Assembly (NCBI GenBank): GCA_052279835.1
Contig: CP181291.1
Location: forward strand, 1,440,001 to 1,504,000
Reading direction: 5' to 3'
Length of the DNA stretch: 64,000 nt
Source of the DNA: Microcoleus sp.
GTDB taxonomy: Bacteria; Cyanobacteriota; Cyanobacteriia; Cyanobacteriales; Microcoleaceae
Part shown: positions 62,134-64,000 of the stretch, in pieces
How positions within the stretch are numbered: position 1 is the stretch's first letter
Layout of the letters: every line of letters starts with the position of its first letter
The notes under the pieces: model-generated
Told to the model about the DNA's origin: nothing
What the model saw: only the letters and a program-made list of their open reading frames with translations
Database searches by the model: none
Translations under genes and position numbers: made by a program

Positions 62134-63882
62134 TTAATGCAATAACTCCTCTAATTGTTGCTGGTTCCACAAATATTGATATAGCCCTTGCTGCCCTACT
62201 AATTCTTTATGAGTTCCTACTTGGACAATTTCTCCTTTTTCCATGACAAAAATGCGATCGGCACTAGCAGCCGCTGACATTTGATGGGAGATAAAGATGA
62301 CTGTTTTGCGATCGGTTCCGGTTGCCAAATTCTTCAAAATGTCGGTAGCAGTCTGATTGTCAACGCTGGATAGAGCGTCATCTAAAATGAGTACGGGAGC
62401 GTCAACTAATAGGGCGCGAGCTAGGGCTGTCCTTTGTCTTTGTCCGCCGGATAATGTAATGCCGCGCTCGCCGACAATTGTTTTGTACTGCTGGGGAAAG
62501 TTGAGGATTTCTGGGTGAATTTGTGCTTGTTGGGCTGCGTGTTCAATTTCTGGCTGTTCTGCTAAGGGATTGCCGTAGCGGATGTTATTCTTGATGGTAG
62601 TACCGAAGAGAAAGCTTTCTTGGGGTACGTAGGCGATCGCCCCGCGCAAGTCGGTCAATTTTACCTGAGTAATATCTAATCCGTCTACAAATAATTCACC
62701 TGGAGCAATATCCAGCAGTCTGGGGAGCGCATTAGCTAAAGTCGATTTCCCAGATCCGATCGCCCCAACAATAGCTACAGTTTCTCCCGGTTGAATGGTA
62801 AAGTTAAGGTTTTTCAGGGCGGGGATATTAGCACCTGGGTATTTATAATTTAAGTTGCGGGCTACTATTTCGCCTTTAACTGGAGTTGGCAGTTCAATTG
62901 CATCAGTCCGATCGTAAATTTTGGGTTCGACGGTAAGGATTGATTCGATGCGATCGACACTGACTTCTCCCCGCTGATAAGCAGTAATTGTGAAGCCCAA
63001 AAGTGCTGTCGGAAACACCAAACGCTCGACATAAATCAGTAAAGCGACAAAATCTCCCACGCTAATTTCACCCTTAGCAATGGAACCTCCCCCCGCAGCG
63101 AGCAAAACTAACAAACTCACACTTGCCAAACCGCCTAGTAAGGGGAAAATAAAATTGCGGGTTTTTGCTAATTCTAAATTGGCTGAGAGCAATTTTTCAT
63201 TACAATCACCAAAAGCGCGGCGTTCGTTCTCTTCTTGAGCGTAGATTTTAATTACGGAAATGCCGCTCATATCTTCTTGAATCAAATCGCTCATCGCCGA
63301 CAGTTCTTCCTGGACAGCTAGCTGCTGGATGCGCAGTTTGTCACTAAATAATTGTACCAAAACTAGCATTAAAGGATAAACCGCGATCGCCAACAGAGTC
63401 AGCCGCACGTTAATTCCCAGCATCACGGGCAAAGTCAAAGCGTAAGCAAAGGCTGTATTCGCCAAACTCAGCACCGCAAACCCCACCAAGCGGCGAATAT
63501 TATCCAAATCGGAAGTAGCGCGGTTAATTAAATCTCCGACTGTATTGGCCGCAAAATAAGATGGTTCTAAAGTTAATAAATGATTAAATATTTGCTGTTT
63601 GAGGTCAAATTCGACTTGACGCCCCACGCCAAACAGAAAAATCCGCGACGCCATCCGAATCACCCACATGATTGAGGCGAGTACCAGAATCAGCAACACG
63701 TAGTTTAAAACTTGGTCAAATTCGATCGCAACTTGCAGAGTGTCAACTGCATTCCGAATCAGCAGGGGAATGTAAACGCCCACAGCATTGACAATTAGCA
63801 GGGAAAAAACGCCCCAAAATGTCGCTTTCCAGTGGGGGCGCATATAAGCACCCAGTTTTTGCAGTCGAGAATAACGAGCCAT
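62134..63882 (-). CDS. ABC exporter, fused permease/ATPase
   Basis: TM domain plus GAIGSGKST, LSGGQRQR and LILDD; start MARYSR at 63882. Confidence 0.95.
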   Translation of the reverse strand: MARYSRLQKLGAYMRPHWKATFWGVFSLLIVNAVGVYIPLLIRNAVDTLQVAIEFDQVLNYVLLILVLASIMWVIRMASRIFLFGVGRQVEFDLKQQIFNHLLTLEPSYFAANTVGDLINRATSDLDNIRRLVGFAVLSLANTAFAYALTLPVMLGINVRLTLLAIAVYPLMLVLVQLFSDKLRIQQLAVQEELSAMSDLIQEDMSGISVIKIYAQEENERRAFGDCNEKLLSANLELAKTRNFIFPLLGGLASVSLLVLLAAGGGSIAKGEISVGDFVALLIYVERLVFPTALLGFTITAYQRGEVSVDRIESILTVEPKIYDRTDAIELPTPVKGEIVARNLNYKYPGANIPALKNLNFTIQPGETVAIVGAIGSGKSTLANALPRLLDIAPGELFVDGLDITQVKLTDLRGAIAYVPQESFLFGTTIKNNIRYGNPLAEQPEIEHAAQQAQIHPEILNFPQQYKTIVGERGITLSGGQRQRTALARALLVDAPVLILDDALSSVDNQTATDILKNLATGTDRKTVIFISHQMSAAASADRIFVMEKGEIVQVGTHKELVGQQGLYQYLWNQQQLEELLH

Positions 63883-64000
63883 AGGTAGAAGAAGGAAGAA
63901 GGAAGAAGGAAGAAGGAAGAAGGCTCTTCGATTTAGCGAGAGGGTAAAAAGCATAGGTGTCAACTTAAGCTGTCAGCCCGCCCCGTGTCCGTTAGTCATC

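Overview
64 kb chromosomal window from a cyanobacterium. HIP1 octamers (GCGATCGC) are very frequent, and the STRR heptamer tracts and gene content suggest a filamentous Oscillatoriales/Microcoleus-like organism (inference). Housekeeping genes: cysS, glyS, murD, trpB, recR, SUI1/YciH, RNase D-like, prolyl oligopeptidase and ABC transporters. Accessory blocks: a four-gene kinase/receiver/adenylate-cyclase cluster; a 5'-truncated, zinc-finger-less TnpB whose apparent right end supplies the stop codon of a 2725-aa DUF4347/lectin/DUF11/Ig-like/RTX surface protein; a DUF389-GGDEF-Na+/H+ antiporter-sbtAB carbon-uptake region; three tandem MscS genes; three TIGR00266/AIM24 genes plus an M48 peptidase; and an antitoxin-toxin-antitoxin module next to a cas-less 14-repeat type III-like CRISPR array. 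Small mobile repeats (GTAG-REPs, C/G-tract elements, MITEs, STRRs) are dense, and several are translated in frame inside cysS, glyS and a histidine kinase. All product calls rest on motif recognition by eye; no database searches were run.
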